The notes: a model not told the origin generated them from the letters alone. Shown: positions 34,786 to 47,281, counted from the whole stretch's first letter. The stretch is DNA of 55,970 nt, filler included, from Sphacelaria rigidula (GCA_964200075.2; 6 parts of 6 records of this genome joined end to end with filler, not necessarily neighbours in it), one strand, 5' to 3'. Program-made: numbers and translations.

Positions 34786-37282
34786 GGCTACTTCTTATGT
34801 ATAAAAAAAATCTGTCAGAAAACGCGTTTTCTGATGAATGACCAAAAACCCACTTTATTTATGTGATAAAGAAAACGCGTTTTCTGGTATAATATTTTCT
34901 GGTAACATTTCCCGATAGCTCATACCTATCAGAAAGTCAGGATTTTCCGATAACCTCGGGCTGTCGAATTTTTTTTTCGAAAAAGCGTTTGAGCTCCCAC
35001 TTCCCGCCACAACCTCCAACACTCTTCGCACAACCCACACCAGCACCCATGTTGGCTTGGCTGTCATCATTACTGCTGCTGCTCGTAGTCAGTAAACGTG
35101 TTACATCCGCATCTTTTCCCCCCAGTAGCGTGGGGGCCCTCGATCTCATGGCAAGAGCAGGGGGTGAGGTCGGTAGCTTGTTGCCAGAAGCTGCAATGGC
35201 AGCTGCAGTGTCGGTTCTCCAGCACGTTCAGGACGACGATGCATCGCCTGACGCTGAGTTGGACGATTCCGACGAAGAACAGCTGCCGCGCGTGAAGCTG
35301 ACGCGGAAGAAGCATAAGAAGAGGGATGTCGAGACGTGTGCTTGGGCGCAGCTGCTCCGAGACGAAGATTTGAAGGACAGCACCACCAAAACAGCGAAGC
35401 AGTTCAGACAGGATTTTCGGATACCGTACCCATTTTCCCTGCGGCTGGTGGAGCTGGTGAAGACCAAGGACTGGTTTGCCACTGCGCAGTACGATGCGTT
35501 CGGGTGACCATGCCACCCAGTAAAGCATAAGGTAAAGTCAGGTCGTTGATCACCTGCGAGTTGTGGATTTTATACGGTTTGACGGCTGTAAACGTTCTTA
35601 CGTTGCTCTGTCTAGTCCTGCTGACTGTAAGGGAGGAGGTCGGCCGCCTGTCCAACACCAGTTACGCTCTCTGTCCAGCAACATATGTGACCCCTGTAGA
35701 GCATTATATGCCCTGTGTGCGCTGTAGCCCGTCCGTCCGTCCAACAGTCCTTGTGGTGGCTGTACAGCAGAAGCAGTTCCCTCCCCCGTAAGGCAGAAGG
35801 TCGACCACCTGTCTAGCAGTAGCATGCTAACTGTCCAGTAACATATATGCCCCCTGTAGAGCAGTAGCTGCGCCGCCTGCGGTGTAGCAGTCCTACTCTA
35901 GGTGCAAGAGTGACTGTGCTGACTGTACAGTGGCAGCTCATCCGCCCCTCCAACAATAGCTGTGCTTACTGTTGTACAGCGGCAGTAGCTACGCTCCCCG
36001 TATGGCAGAAGGTCGGCCACATGTCCAGCAGTAGTTCGCACAGTGTACAGGAACAAATTAGAAAACTTGCGGATGCCGCTTATCGGTCGCACGGCACATT
36101 CCCTTATCTGCTTTCAGTCTCGTGCGAGACCATGCCTTGACTCTCAAAAATTGCCTGCGGCGTAACGTCCCCAACCGTGTGTACTCTCACCCGTCCCGCA
36201 CATGATTGTTGCGGCTGCTGCGGATAGGTGCTAGCCTGGCTGACTATTCTCGCCAGGGGGAACTGTTTTCGAAGCATCTACATGGTGTCGTGGATGAGCA
36301 GCGCGGTAGTGCAAGCGACGTTCCACAAATTTTGTGAGCACTTCGCCACGGAGTTGTACGACGAGCACATCTATCTCCCGTCCGATAAGAATGGAGAACT
36401 GGACAACGTGACGGAACAGTACGAGAAGCTGGGGTTCCCAGGGGCATGGGTTCCACGGATGTTACCCACATCGCGTGGAGTATATGTCCGTACAACCAAG
36501 GCCGTTCGTACACAGGCAAGGAGGGCAAGCCTACGGTCGGGTACTAGGTGGCGGTCGATCACGCCGGGCGAGTGTTGGCCGTGACAGCTGGATTGACAGA
36601 ATCCACGAACGACAGAACAACCATCTGCTGCGACGCAGTGGTTGACCAGACCCGTCACGACGAGCAGTACACGTAAAAAACCTTCGTCGTCTTCAATGCA
36701 GATGGTACGACGCGTAAGCTGAAGGGGTGCTACTTGCTCGTCGACAACGGTTACCACAGGGTAAGTTCCTCTCACTATGTCTGCGTTACACTGCGCAATC
36801 CAGGCCCTGTCTTCTCGGCACCAAGCAGAAAACCGTTGAAAAGCTTGACAGCTATTGGTCGTCGCGAACGTCGATCTGCCCCGTGGCTAATCAGCATCAT
36901 CCTTTTCGGCGTGTGTTTAGTGATTAGTTTACCGCTGAAATTTTCACTAGCACACCCTCTTCTGATCAACGAAGTGCTGCGTGAAATGAAAACTACCGAT
37001 CTGATGGGTCGTCGTGTTGACATTTACGACGTGAACACTTCTATCGCTGCCACACCGGGGTATCGCGTTGCCGCCGCACGTTTCCGCTAGAAAGAAATAA
37101 TCTTGAGACATGTCCTCAGGCCGCTTCTTTTATACCGGGAAAACATCGCTGAAAAAATTTCGGTCCGCTTTTCTTGGAGAGTTTTGGTAGGCCATGTTTG
37201 CCCCCCCCCCCCCCCCCCCGTCCGGCCGGCACCCCGGCGGCCCCCTCCCCGCGTCTTGCGGGGGGGCCCCCGGCCGGGGCCG
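34786..37282 (+). mobile_element. PIF/Harbinger DNA transposon (left part; right end beyond contig)
   Basis: TTA|GGCTAC putative left end; palindrome tcagaaaacgcgttttctga repeated subterminally; followed by the transposase. Confidence 0.6.
35148..36760 (+). pseudogene. PIF/Harbinger DDE transposase pseudogene (exons 35148-35531, 36228-36760)
   Basis: FRQDFRIPY; PVKHK|VLAWLTILARG; LGFPGA[fs]GSTDVTH; YTGKEGKPT; TNDRT; GCYLLVDNGYHR|gtaagt; several stops and one frameshift. Confidence 0.88.
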
Positions 37283-37382
37283 NNNNNNNNNNNNNNNNNN
37301 NNNNNNNNNNNNNNNNNNNNNNNNNNTTAATTAATTAANNNNNNNNNNNNNNNNNNNNNNNNNNNNNNNNNNNNNNNNNNNN
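37283..37382. other. Assembly linker
   Basis: Same 100-bp N/TTAATTAATTAA linker. Confidence 0.98.

Positions 37383-37435
<53 letters not shown>
37383..37435 (+). repeat. (AAT)n microsatellite
   Basis: ~17 perfect AAT units at contig start. Confidence 0.95.
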
Positions 37436-37437
<2 letters not shown>

Positions 37438-37860
37438 AGTATACAATATTTCGGACTCGAGCGTGAAAAATACTTTGTAGGGAGGCGTCCACGAGATTTA
37501 TGCAGATTTTAGTGTGCAAGTTCTTCCGCATCCGTCCTGGGGGATGACTGCTCGGGTCAATGCCAACGCTAGGGGTCCAGTGATCGGATCCGTGTTACAT
37601 TTTGTGCGGGGGTACATCTGCGTTCGCGACCGTTCGAACGGACCCGTGATCGCGGTGGCCCTGCAACGTTTCCGGTGGGCGTTACCTAGATTTTCTCGCG
37701 CAGAGGTTTGGAGAGGAATCTCAAGCTCGAGATCCCCGGTACATTGCACGGTAATTTAGTTTGAAAAAATAAGGCACCTCGAGTTCGAGATATTGTACCT
37801 CTAACAACGACTGGACCGGCCTTTTTTCCAGGGCGCGAGAAGGCGCACGAACGAACACAT

Positions 37861-38212
37861 TCTCGCACACAACAAGGAACGTGAAAGTGAAGTATAGTGC
37901 AACTGTACACGGCGCCTATTACTGGTGGCCGCACCGACAACCTCTCGCACAGGAGAAGGAACGTGAAACAAAGTGTAGTTCAGGTCGGCGCTGAATGCCG
38001 ACGCCGTGTCGTCGATTCCTGGCGCGAATGTTTCCGAAGCAAATGATTGCTTCGCGCAAGCAACCTATGCTGTAGTACAGATAGTTCAGTGCATAACCAC
38101 ATCAAGAATAGACAGTTCACGGCGCTAATCGCCGGTGGGTGGGTGCACCGGCAGCTTCTCGTACACAAGGGGAAACGTGAAACGAAGTCTAGTGCAGCGG
38201 CGCTGAATGCTG
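37861..38212 (+). repeat. Three dispersed ~45-bp direct repeats
   Basis: tctcg(c/t)aca....g(g/a)aacgtgaaa..aagt.tagt.ca at ~37861, 37943 and 38157. Confidence 0.6.
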
Positions 38213-39011
38213 ACGTTGTGATGTCTTATTCTGGAATGGAAAGCTTCCGACGCAGATGATTGCCGGTGCAAATCATACATATAGTTAGTACCGACAGAAT
38301 CGCAGGCAGCGAAAGCAGATCATGGATTGAATCGACATCACTTTCACATAAAAAATGTATACTTTCTCTTTGCCATAAGAAAAGCCCATCATGGGAGGCA
38401 GATCGTATATCGCCAACGGAGTTACCCACGATGCTATAGTTGGGTTTTTTCAACAGCAGTTGATGTGCTGATGCTGGCTCAAAAAACAAAATCTGAACCG
38501 AAAGTGGGTCGAAACATGGGCAGATTCGACCAATTTCGACCACATTATACCATTTTCGGCAAAACTTCGACTTTTTTTGCCTGTTTTGTAAACAAATGGA
38601 GGCAGCTATGTGGCCAAGTGGTTTTGGACGAAGCGTGGGTATCGTATAAAGCTTATGAATCGGAGGCATGTGGGTATTTCGATGTTTTATCGCGATTTTT
38701 GTAGTTTTCGGGGGGTTCCAATGTTGTCCGCTGTTTTCCAGGAACGGGCAAAATACGGCATTTTTTGGGCCAAATGATCTTTTTCGGTCGTTCATGCATG
38801 CATAAAGGTGCGAGCAGAAAAGAAAAATGATTTCGAATTTGAAAAAAACCCACGGATTTCAAAAAAATCATCGCCTTTTGCATCGGCGAAGGTGGAGGGT
38901 CTGTGTAGTCATAACGGACTTTATTTATGGCACAATTGAAGAACATGACCGAGGTGGACTACTCATGCGGTGCGATGGTCAAGTACAGACAGTACAGTAA
39001 AAATATAGGAG

Positions 39012-39390
39012 ACCGGTCGCCCCGGTGGCTCAGTTGGTAAACTCGAAACCTTCTGACGGGTGGGTCGTGGGTTCGAATTTCGGTGCAGACACACGATCTG
39101 CGATTTTTTCTCGCACAATGCCCAACGGTGGAAAGCGACTGTGTCGTGGGTACACAAATTCGACTTAATGGTCTACGAGGGAAAGGGGCTGCTGAACCCC
39201 TCTCGAGATAAAAAAAATAAAGGCAAGCACTGCAGAAGGAAGGTGGAGAACTTAAACCAAATAAAAAAGAAAAAGCCCATGTGTTGATCCTCCTCCTGTG
39301 TGACCCCAGCTGGTGCGCCCACATATACCGACAGGTGTAGACAGGTGTCCAGAGTAACTGGGATAACAACAGACACAGTAACAACAGTAG
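39012..39390 (+). mobile_element. Full-length tRNA-derived SINE (Arg-TCT-like head)
   Basis: A box tggctcagttgg (39026), cttctga anticodon-like loop, B box ggttcgaatt (~39070), ~300-bp body, CA-rich tail; three partial copies elsewhere. Confidence 0.85.
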
Positions 39391-40078
39391 TATACGTTCA
39401 GTCAAGACGGCTATAAAAACTACTGTTGTGATCTTCAAACGTGATGAGTGCATCCCACCATACACAAATCAGCATGTGGCCCCGTCTTCTCTGACTTTGG
39501 ATGTTGAGGGCTTCACCACCTCGGTATATTACGGGGTATACGCCTCTCGGACAGTCGTCCTGTACCGCGAGGTTTTCCTCGGAGGCCGTCTGCATAGAAC
39601 AAACGTTCTACTTGCTTGCCGAGGCCAAGTCGCTCTTTTTATAGTGCAGTTGAAATCAAGGTCGAACCATCGCGTGTACCAAAAGTAGAACACGGGACGC
39701 AGACTCTGAGTTTGCCCTAAATCGTGGACGGAACAAGCTAGAAATATGATCGAAGTCTGATAATGTATCCACTTAGCCAGCACGTAGTCGCGATCATGTG
39801 CTAAGCACGTCTGCGAGAACTTAAACTCATCCTTGTATCCTGCACGAGGACAGGTGCTGTCCGGGTACCCAACGCTCATGTATTTTTCACATTCATTTTT
39901 ACCTATCGTTCATACCCGTCCACGCGATTTATGCTGGAGTAAGTGCACAGTATAATGCCCGCGCACGAGCTTCCCATAATGTATGTAAATATATATTGCA
40001 ATTATAATAGTATATCTAAATTTTAGTATATATTTATCCTGATGTGTGGCACTGTTGTGCGAGGAAGATGTTCGTCTA

Positions 40079-40335
40079 CTCTGTAGCTGAAACGTGAGGA
40101 CACGGACGTAAAAGACGTCGGTGTGGGTTCAAACCCTGTACCGGCTACTTTGTTTTGCTCGTAGTGCGTGAGTGGAACGCTGCTCCTTCACACCGCGAGT
40201 ATGTAAGTGTATTCTGTAGGTGAAGGGTGACATAATAGACGTGCCAGACGTCGGTATGGGTTTAAACCCTGTGCCGGCTACTTATTTTCTGCTCGTAGTG
40301 CATGAGTAGAACACTGTTTTTTCACACCGGGAGTC
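40079..40335 (+). repeat. Tandem dimer (~133-bp period) of a tRNA-like unit
   Basis: ctgtag.tgaa...agacgtcggt.tgggtt(c/t)aaaccctgt.ccggctactt...gctcgtagtgc twice; B-box-like ggttcaaacc. Confidence 0.65.
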
Positions 40336-40679
40336 GGGCGTCTTTCTTCCTGCTAGTGATGCCGTATAATAACACAGTTTTCCTACACCGGGAGTCGATT
40401 TTGGCTTCCACTGCAATCTTCGCACTTTCTCTCATCATTCATACTCGCGGTCCTATTCCTCGTCTCGCAAATTTTGTTCCCATCATCATATCATCCTTCC
40501 CAATTTCGATAAACAAACACCGTCTTCTCTGTAAACAAACACAGTGGCCTCGAAGACATCGGTGCGAGCGGAGGGGATACTAGGACATATCGACCGTCGC
40601 TCTGTTCTCGGTCGCGCTGCAATGTTTCGCCTGTGCACTTTTCCTCATTGTTCCACCCGCAATCCAGTACTATTTATTC

Positions 40680-40877
40680 GAGAGTTTCGGACAACGCTTC
40701 TTCGTCATTTCAGAGTGCAAATATCTCAGGATCAGAGTGCAGAATGTAAAAAAAACATCATCAAACAAAAGTTAGGGGGAGGCCACATTTGACGGAGGGA
40801 GTAATAACTTTTCGTTACACTCTGATCCTGAGATATTTGCACTCTGAAATGACAAAAAAGCTTTTCCCGAAACTCTC
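40680..40877. mobile_element. Hairpin MITE with ~60-bp arms (GAGAG termini)
   Basis: gtcatttcagagtgcaaatatctcaggatcagagtg perfectly inverted; no clear TSD. Confidence 0.75.
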
Positions 40878-41473
40878 CACTGTCTTGTTTCTCCCGTGTA
40901 CAACATGAAATTGAAACCGAGGATCATTTCTCACGAGAGCTTGGCAAGGCAAGAATACTGCCACCCAAGAGGACGAACGCGACCGGGGCTGCCGCCCCGG
41001 TCCCGAACGGCTTGTATAAATATATTTATATATATATCGCCCGTCCAATATATCGACGTGTCGTGTGTTGTATATGTATATATATACGCCGGAGATATAT
41101 CGCCATATACCATAGTGATCGACCGATATATATATATATCGGAAACATACTGTACTGTCCATGTTTCAAACGGCGGAGTACTCAGCGAATGACGCTTGAC
41201 GACAGTGCAGAACGTTCGGATCAATTATTTCGCTAGGCACGGACGTACGCGCACACATACGCCGAAAAAATGAAAAAAACAACTTTTCGAAAACTCATCT
41301 ACTTCTTGCGGTGATCTACCCGGCACATTCGTTATCCGCAAGAGTTGCCACGACGTTGAGATTCCGCAAGGTCTCTCGGGCGGGTCGACCCAAACGTCAA
41401 CGTTACGTTCGGCTGGGCGTCTGCCGAACAAATCTGAAACAGTAAGTGATATGTTATGTAGGCGTCTTGTATA

Positions 41474-41592
41474 CACTTTGGGAAATCATTGGCGATTTTT
41501 TATTTTTGAGAATCGGCAATATTTCGACTTGAAAATGGCTGGAAATTATGCCGATTCACAGAAACAAAAATCGCCAATGGGTTCCGAGAGGG
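41474..41592. mobile_element. Small piggyBac-like MITE
   Basis: Arms cattggcgattttt...gaatcggca / tgccgattc...aaaaatcgccaatg; right end AGGG|TTAA, left tata|cactttggga. Confidence 0.6.
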
Positions 41593-41915
41593 TTAATTTC
41601 GCCTTCCAACAATATGCATGACAATACTTGAAGTAGCTTGCCTTCAGACAATGGCAGACTCTGACTAGACTGTTGAGAATCGTCAACATCACGCTACACG
41701 CTACGAAGACAGATGCACAGAGGGCACTGGATGCGGCACAGGGTCTGACGCTGAATGCTACAGTTTGCTGATGAGAGAATCGAGAAGCTTTTTCTTCCAC
41801 CGCTGATTTTCTCCTATGGGCCATGAAGCAAAGGCATGCACCCCGGTAACTCCTCCTGATGACCTGAAATGAAAAAGAGAGGAAACAGAGAGCGCTGTTT
41901 ACTTCCGTCACTTAC

Positions 41916-43118
41916 CTCCGCTTCGTTATCCAGCATCGTCAAGTCTCCGTTGAACGTGATTTTTCCTGTTTCGGTGTTCGATATGGCGCCCGCTCTCGAG
42001 AATTGGTCGGAATCGAATGTGCGAACCCAGTTCCTCACGAAGGTGGCGTCTTTCTCGAACGTCAATTCCCCCTGGAAACACGACAACAGTGTAGTGTGAC
42101 GGGAACATGGTGCGGACACGTTGGTCTTTTGACGGCGGAGGTGTGGATGTGTGTCCATGTGTGCCCTGTGCGGACGTTCTGTACTTGGGTTTCATGTGCA
42201 AACTTCACCAACGCCCTTGCAGTTGAGGTTATCTCGACATACCTCGCCATCACAAGGGTGAAAAAACCATGTGTGTACATACGTCCACGATCCTTTCTGT
42301 AGACTCCGCATGCGGCAGTAGTCATTTATCACCTCTATCAAACCAGGAGAGACACAAAACAGCAAGAAGAAACGTTTTCACCCCGCAGCTGCGAACGCGT
42401 GCACGCATGTCCCGACAAAAGTGACATTGCATGAAACCAAGGTCAACAGCCCCACAATGGGAGGGAGACTACCAATTTTTTCACACCCCCGAAGAAGGGT
42501 ACAGTGACGTACGTATAAACGTACGCATAGGGAAGTGGTCGGCGGTCAGAGTGCGGCATACGCGGGTGCACCTTGCCCAGAGGCTCAGCTCATAATGAAC
42601 GTGACAACAGAGTACAAATTTCAACCGGAAACAAGAAGACAATCGTGTTAGCATGTTGTTTCGCCGCACGATCCGTCGACACCTGTGCTGTCTGAGCGCC
42701 TTTTTTCTCGGTTTTCCCTTTTCCGTGCTGAAATCGGGACAAGCACTGGAGCAGGACCGTACGCAATTTCAACCTGCTCGCCGAGAAACTCCAAGGACAA
42801 CTCTCGACACCTTCACCACCCCATTACTTGTCTGTTAGCATTTGTCTCGTGAAATCTCAGATATGTAGATACATGACATTCAACGCAAGTGACGAAAGTA
42901 AGTTTCAAGTTTCCATTTCACCACCTGTGTACCTTGTTGTGGATGGCACCACCTTTTTTGACGATGTAGCTGATGCCGCGAGCGGTCCGTGTACAGCCAC
43001 CTCCGCACGAAATAGGCCCGATGTCCTTGATAAGTACAGAGTTGTCCTTGAACTCAGATGTACCCTGGAACGTGACCGTCGCCCCCTCTGTCACTGACAG
43101 AACCCCCCCGTTCTTTAC
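41916..43118 (-). CDS. Two exons (43118-42933, 42071-41916) of an adhesin/polymorphic-membrane-protein-like beta-helix protein
   Basis: VKNGGVLSVTEGATVTFQGTSEFKDNSV...KKGGAIHNK|GELTFEKDATFVRN...AGAISNTETGKITFNGDLTMLDNEAE; GGAI and FxxN repeats; canonical phase-0 splice sites. Confidence 0.75.
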
Positions 43119-43946
43119 CTGATTAGACAGACGTACACATAGGTCGACATGAACAAGCAGAGATTTGACGTGAACAAAAGAGAACGCGAAGACCCCAGTA
43201 CTCTGGTACGCCAGGGATATTCATGTTTCGAGTGATATCTTGCCGAGTAAACCCTCCGCTTATCGGAATCGAGTAGTTTTGTCTTGGATACGCGAGTTCT
43301 GCGGGATATTCAACAGCGTTTCTGCCCGCCGATAGGAACCAGCTCAACCGCATGTCCCGGGTGCTGTGCATCACATCATTGGGATGGCAATGATTCACCT
43401 TCTCGACTCGCCAGGCATCAAGGTTGTGGTAAATGCCTACTGGCCAAATGTCCGGCGACGAACGGAAACCTATCAAAATTGTGCTGTATAGAAAGTTCGC
43501 AAGTAATTTCTTTTCGTGACAAGAATATGCATTTTTCATTTCGGAGCACTTCGCCCGCATCTTGACGGGCTATCCATTTATGAGAAGTTTTCATCGTGGC
43601 TCTGTGGCGACGTTTACGGTGTACAAAGACGGCAAGACGGATCGCGCCATCTCGGAATGTGAGCTCTCGTGTCTAAAAGAGGAGGATTTCGGTACACGCA
43701 AGCGATTTCGATGCACACAGTTTGGCATGAGATGGAAAACAAACTGCGAGAGAGGACTCTGGCACACATTCGCGACGTTTCGTGTACACAGTTCGAGGTT
43801 GGCCATAAGATTAGATGCGTGTCATGTTCGAGTTGTTGATTTTGTCCAACTATGGTCGCGTTTTGACGGTTTGTACGCTTGTTCTTCAATGATCGTCAAG
43901 TGTGCCGAAATTTCCCTTGGTAGTCGATATATGCCATTCTTACTCA

Positions 43947-44276
43947 GACTGCTGCCGAGATAGCCCCCCCCAGTGCTCCGTCTCGAAAGGGATGCGTGGT
44001 CAATGGTCAAATGACTAAGGCAAGCAACAAATGAGTACGCCCCCCCCCCCGAACCGGCCGAAAAAGTGCACGGAGGCGATGATCGTAAATGCTGTTGTTA
44101 GAGTTGGTTTCGTGCTTCACGACGCGACTCATTTGGGCGTTATAGCTGATTTCGGACTGCTAAAACCCGGTCATGTGGGCGGAATCGCTGCAAACGAGCC
44201 CAAAACTGGGATCGCAGCCGGTTTGTCGTACGGTCTCCCGTGCACTTTTTGTGGGGGGGGTATCTCGGCATTAGTC
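43947..44276. mobile_element. MITE with GACT termini, 4-bp TSD CTCA (copy 2, with ~70-bp insert)
   Basis: ctca|gactgctgccgagatagccc...gggtatctcggcattagtc|ctca. Confidence 0.85.
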
Positions 44277-44769
44277 CTCACTGGTAGTCGAGGTGAAAAT
44301 GGACCTGCAACCTACAGGTTCGGTTCTAGCCTCACCCGACTTGCTCTCTGTTGATTGTGGTCATTCAACAGTGTAATGGCGTATGGATACAAATTCAGTA
44401 CAAGCACCCGACCGCGTTGGATTCTTCATGACTCCGGAACGTAACATTACGGCAAGACCAAAATAGGCACACTACTGAGGCATGGACGTTTGCGTTCCAG
44501 TACGAGGTAATTCCGACTTTGTAATTTCCATGCTTGTCAGATCGAAAACCAAACTCTTGTGTCAAGCTGTTGACTGGTGACACCGATAGTATACTCCGGA
44601 CGATGATACATAGAGCTTACTAACGACCAGAACCGTGAAATATGTTTTGATGTTTTGAGTTGCGGTACCAAAACGGAGGCGGGTGTATGCAAGATCGTCG
44701 TCCAATTGTTGCATAGTTGACGTACTTCGAGCAGAACTTTGTTGATGGGGAGCCGGGTTTACACGAGTT

Positions 44770-44960
44770 CCTGGGAAATGGGCACCTGCGGTGCCAATTT
44801 AAGCTCGGCCACCGCACACTTCTCCGCGACAATCTCCCCCCCCGCCCTCCCCTGTTTGAGGGTTCCCAGTATGCCTTGGATTGGGGTTGGGGATTGGGTT
44901 TTGGGGGTTCGGGTTCGGATTCGGCGAACCCGGCAAATGATACCACAGGGCGGTCATGAG
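44770..44960 (+). repeat. Second copy of the repeat with degenerate telomere-like tract
   Basis: gtatgccttggattggggttggggattgggttttgggggttcgggtt. Confidence 0.5.
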
Positions 44961-45479
44961 GTCTTGACGACCAACTTGCGTATCACCTACACTGTTGAGA
45001 AGTCTCAAAAGTGATCGTTATGGGCGAAAATGTGTGCGCAAACTGAAATTCTACAAAGCGATTCCCCTGTCTCGATTACGCTTGTTCCGACAGAAAAAAA
45101 ATCAAAATCGAACTTCAAGTTGATGTCCGATGTCGCCATTGGGTCCGGCATCGGATCAGAAGTTCTGCTGAGGCTATTCAGATTCCATCCTTTGCCGACC
45201 AACTGCTGAAGAACCATAGCTGACCCCTCGTTTTCAAACGACGATCAAGAGAGTCGCACTGCCCCCTCAAGACGACAGCACGACAGCCCCTACCTTACGA
45301 CACGTATGATGTCCTTGTTCTGACTTTGATCCACCAACCAGTAAAGTTGCTATTACCATTTCCGGCAAGACCGCACAGCATAAATGGTGTCAAGCTGCAC
45401 ACTGGGGCGGACAGACCGCACTACTCTCTGCACACATCGTTGATATTCACCCAATAGGGAGCCACATGCACCCGATTAA

Positions 45480-46626
45480 CCCTTTTGGGACCGGACCCCC
45501 ACCAACACAGGATTGGCCCTGTGCTAGTGGAATAATAAAAGAAAAGTCTTCGAGCGACCTGCCCGATCACGGCGAGGCGAAATTTATCGAGAAGGCCCGA
45601 ACGGCCAGCGCGGGGATTGCTGGCGAGTGTGATGCCACTGCAAAGATCGTGTGGGGGCCCAAGGCCTGGCCCAGAAGAGCCTCCCCAGGTTTCCAAGTGC
45701 AGGGTGGTCACAGCTTGGTTTTATGGTATTACTTGCACTCAGTATATCGTTCCCGAGTTTTTTCGGAGGCTTTTTTGGGTCCCAATTCTATACTGAAACG
45801 TAGTAATATACACTAACACAGGGTAGACCGGAACAAAACGGGAATGAGTGTACATGCCACAATGTGGTCATTCTCACGAGGCACAAAATCCAGGTGGGCT
45901 GTGGAAAGACAAAAGGAGCTACCGTAATGAATTCTGCTTATCCCTCTGTCGATGACTTGCAGTGGGCAGTCCATATGTATGTAGTGGACGGGGATGACAA
46001 AGCTGCATATATAGGGGCAGCTGATTTCGGTAGCTGAGAATTGCCCAGAACGTGCAAGGGAGTAAGCAGCGGCAGCTGCTGTTTCAGTCGGAGAGGCGTA
46101 CTATACTGTACTGTACTATGCTGTTGTATGGATGCGCGCCGCAACGCTGACAACCTTCGAAGAGAATTTGCCGCATGCAACAAGGGGTGAATTGGCGGAC
46201 CACCGCGACCACAAACGGCTGTGACAAGGGGGGGTTCAGCACACTCAAGAATTCATCAAGATTGATGACTTGGACGTACGGCGCGTTCAGGGGTGAAATA
46301 CCTAAAACCATAGCTAGACCTGGATGTTGGCGGGTGGTGAATGGTTCGGCAGGTGAGAGAGAAGTGGGCGTACCTATAGCCCGGCCCTGCGCTGTGCATG
46401 TTAATGTATTGCATTTGAGACAAAAGTATCATCCAAAGCCATAAGTGGCGGGCGGCCCGCCGGTCGCCGCATCCTGTTGGAAGCTCTTTACCACTACCCA
46501 TCCTGCTTGCTACATCAGATGTACACCACCGAATGTGCACCTTGCACCTGAAAATAGATGGGATGAAACTTTCGGTCTTCGTCATAACCCTGCGGTCACA
46601 TACGCGGATTTTCAGCAACACGCCAC
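45480..46626 (+). mobile_element. piggyBac-like element carrying decayed unknown coding sequence (copy B, truncated by contig end)
   Basis: TTAA|CCCTTTTGGGACCGG at 45476-45494; interior homologous to 30130-30770. Confidence 0.62.
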
Positions 46627-46726
46627 NNNNNNNNNNNNNNNNNNNNNNNNNNNNNNNNNNNNNNNNNNNNTTAATTAATTAANNNNNNNNNNNNNNNNNN
46701 NNNNNNNNNNNNNNNNNNNNNNNNNN
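46627..46726. other. Assembly linker
   Basis: Same 100-bp N/TTAATTAATTAA linker. Confidence 0.98.
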
Positions 46727-46844
46727 TTTTTTTTTTTGGCTTTTGTTTTTTTTTTTTTTTTTTTTCCTTTTTTTTTTCACTTTTTTTGTTTTTTTTTTTT
46801 TTTTCCCCCCCCCCCCCCCCCTTTTTTTTCTGTTCCTTCTTTTT

Positions 46845-46945
46845 CTCAGAGCGCGTTTCAGTTTGGTTTTTGTTGGGTACGTCTATCATGACACCACGAC
46901 GGGACCCTGGGGGGTCAGTCAAAGTGCGACAATCAATCAATCAAA
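46845..46945 (+). mobile_element. Non-LTR retroposon 3' end with (AATC)n tail
   Basis: ccctggggggtcagtcaaagtgcgacaatcaatcaatca. Confidence 0.55.
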
Positions 46946-47062
46946 ATCAAAACAAGAAAGAAGGAAAGAAAGGGGAAAAGTCTATTTTGAGCTACCGTTA
47001 CGACCGTCTGAAACTACAGTTGGCATAATCCCCAGCGTTTATTCAGGTTGCCACAATGGTAT

Positions 47063-47281
47063 CATATATCCGAGGGCAGGTCGAGTAGAGTGTACTCAAT
47101 TGCGGGATATTTTGAAAGACGTACTTGAGGTACTCAAATGAGGGTAGAGTGTCAGGAGTCGTACCCAAAAAATAACTGGAAAGCGATCCCTAAAACCCTA
47201 CCCCCAATTTGTGTACTTCACGTACGACTTTCAAAATACCCCGCAATGGAGTATTCTCTACTCGACCTGCCCGTGCATATG
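47063..47281. mobile_element. Hairpin MITE-like inverted repeat
   Basis: gggcaggtcgagtagag..tactc.attgcggg.tattttgaaag / ctttcaaaataccccgcaatggagtattctctactcgacctgccc. Confidence 0.7.

Noticed and set aside
37190..37282. G/C homopolymer tracts at contig ends (also 9050-9246, 27840-27937, 46727-46830)
   Set aside because: Typical low-quality read ends; the poly-Pro/Gly/Lys/Phe ORFs there are probably artefacts.
39019..39090. Functional tRNA-Arg gene
   Set aside because: Acceptor and D stems do not pair properly and it continues into a multi-copy SINE body.
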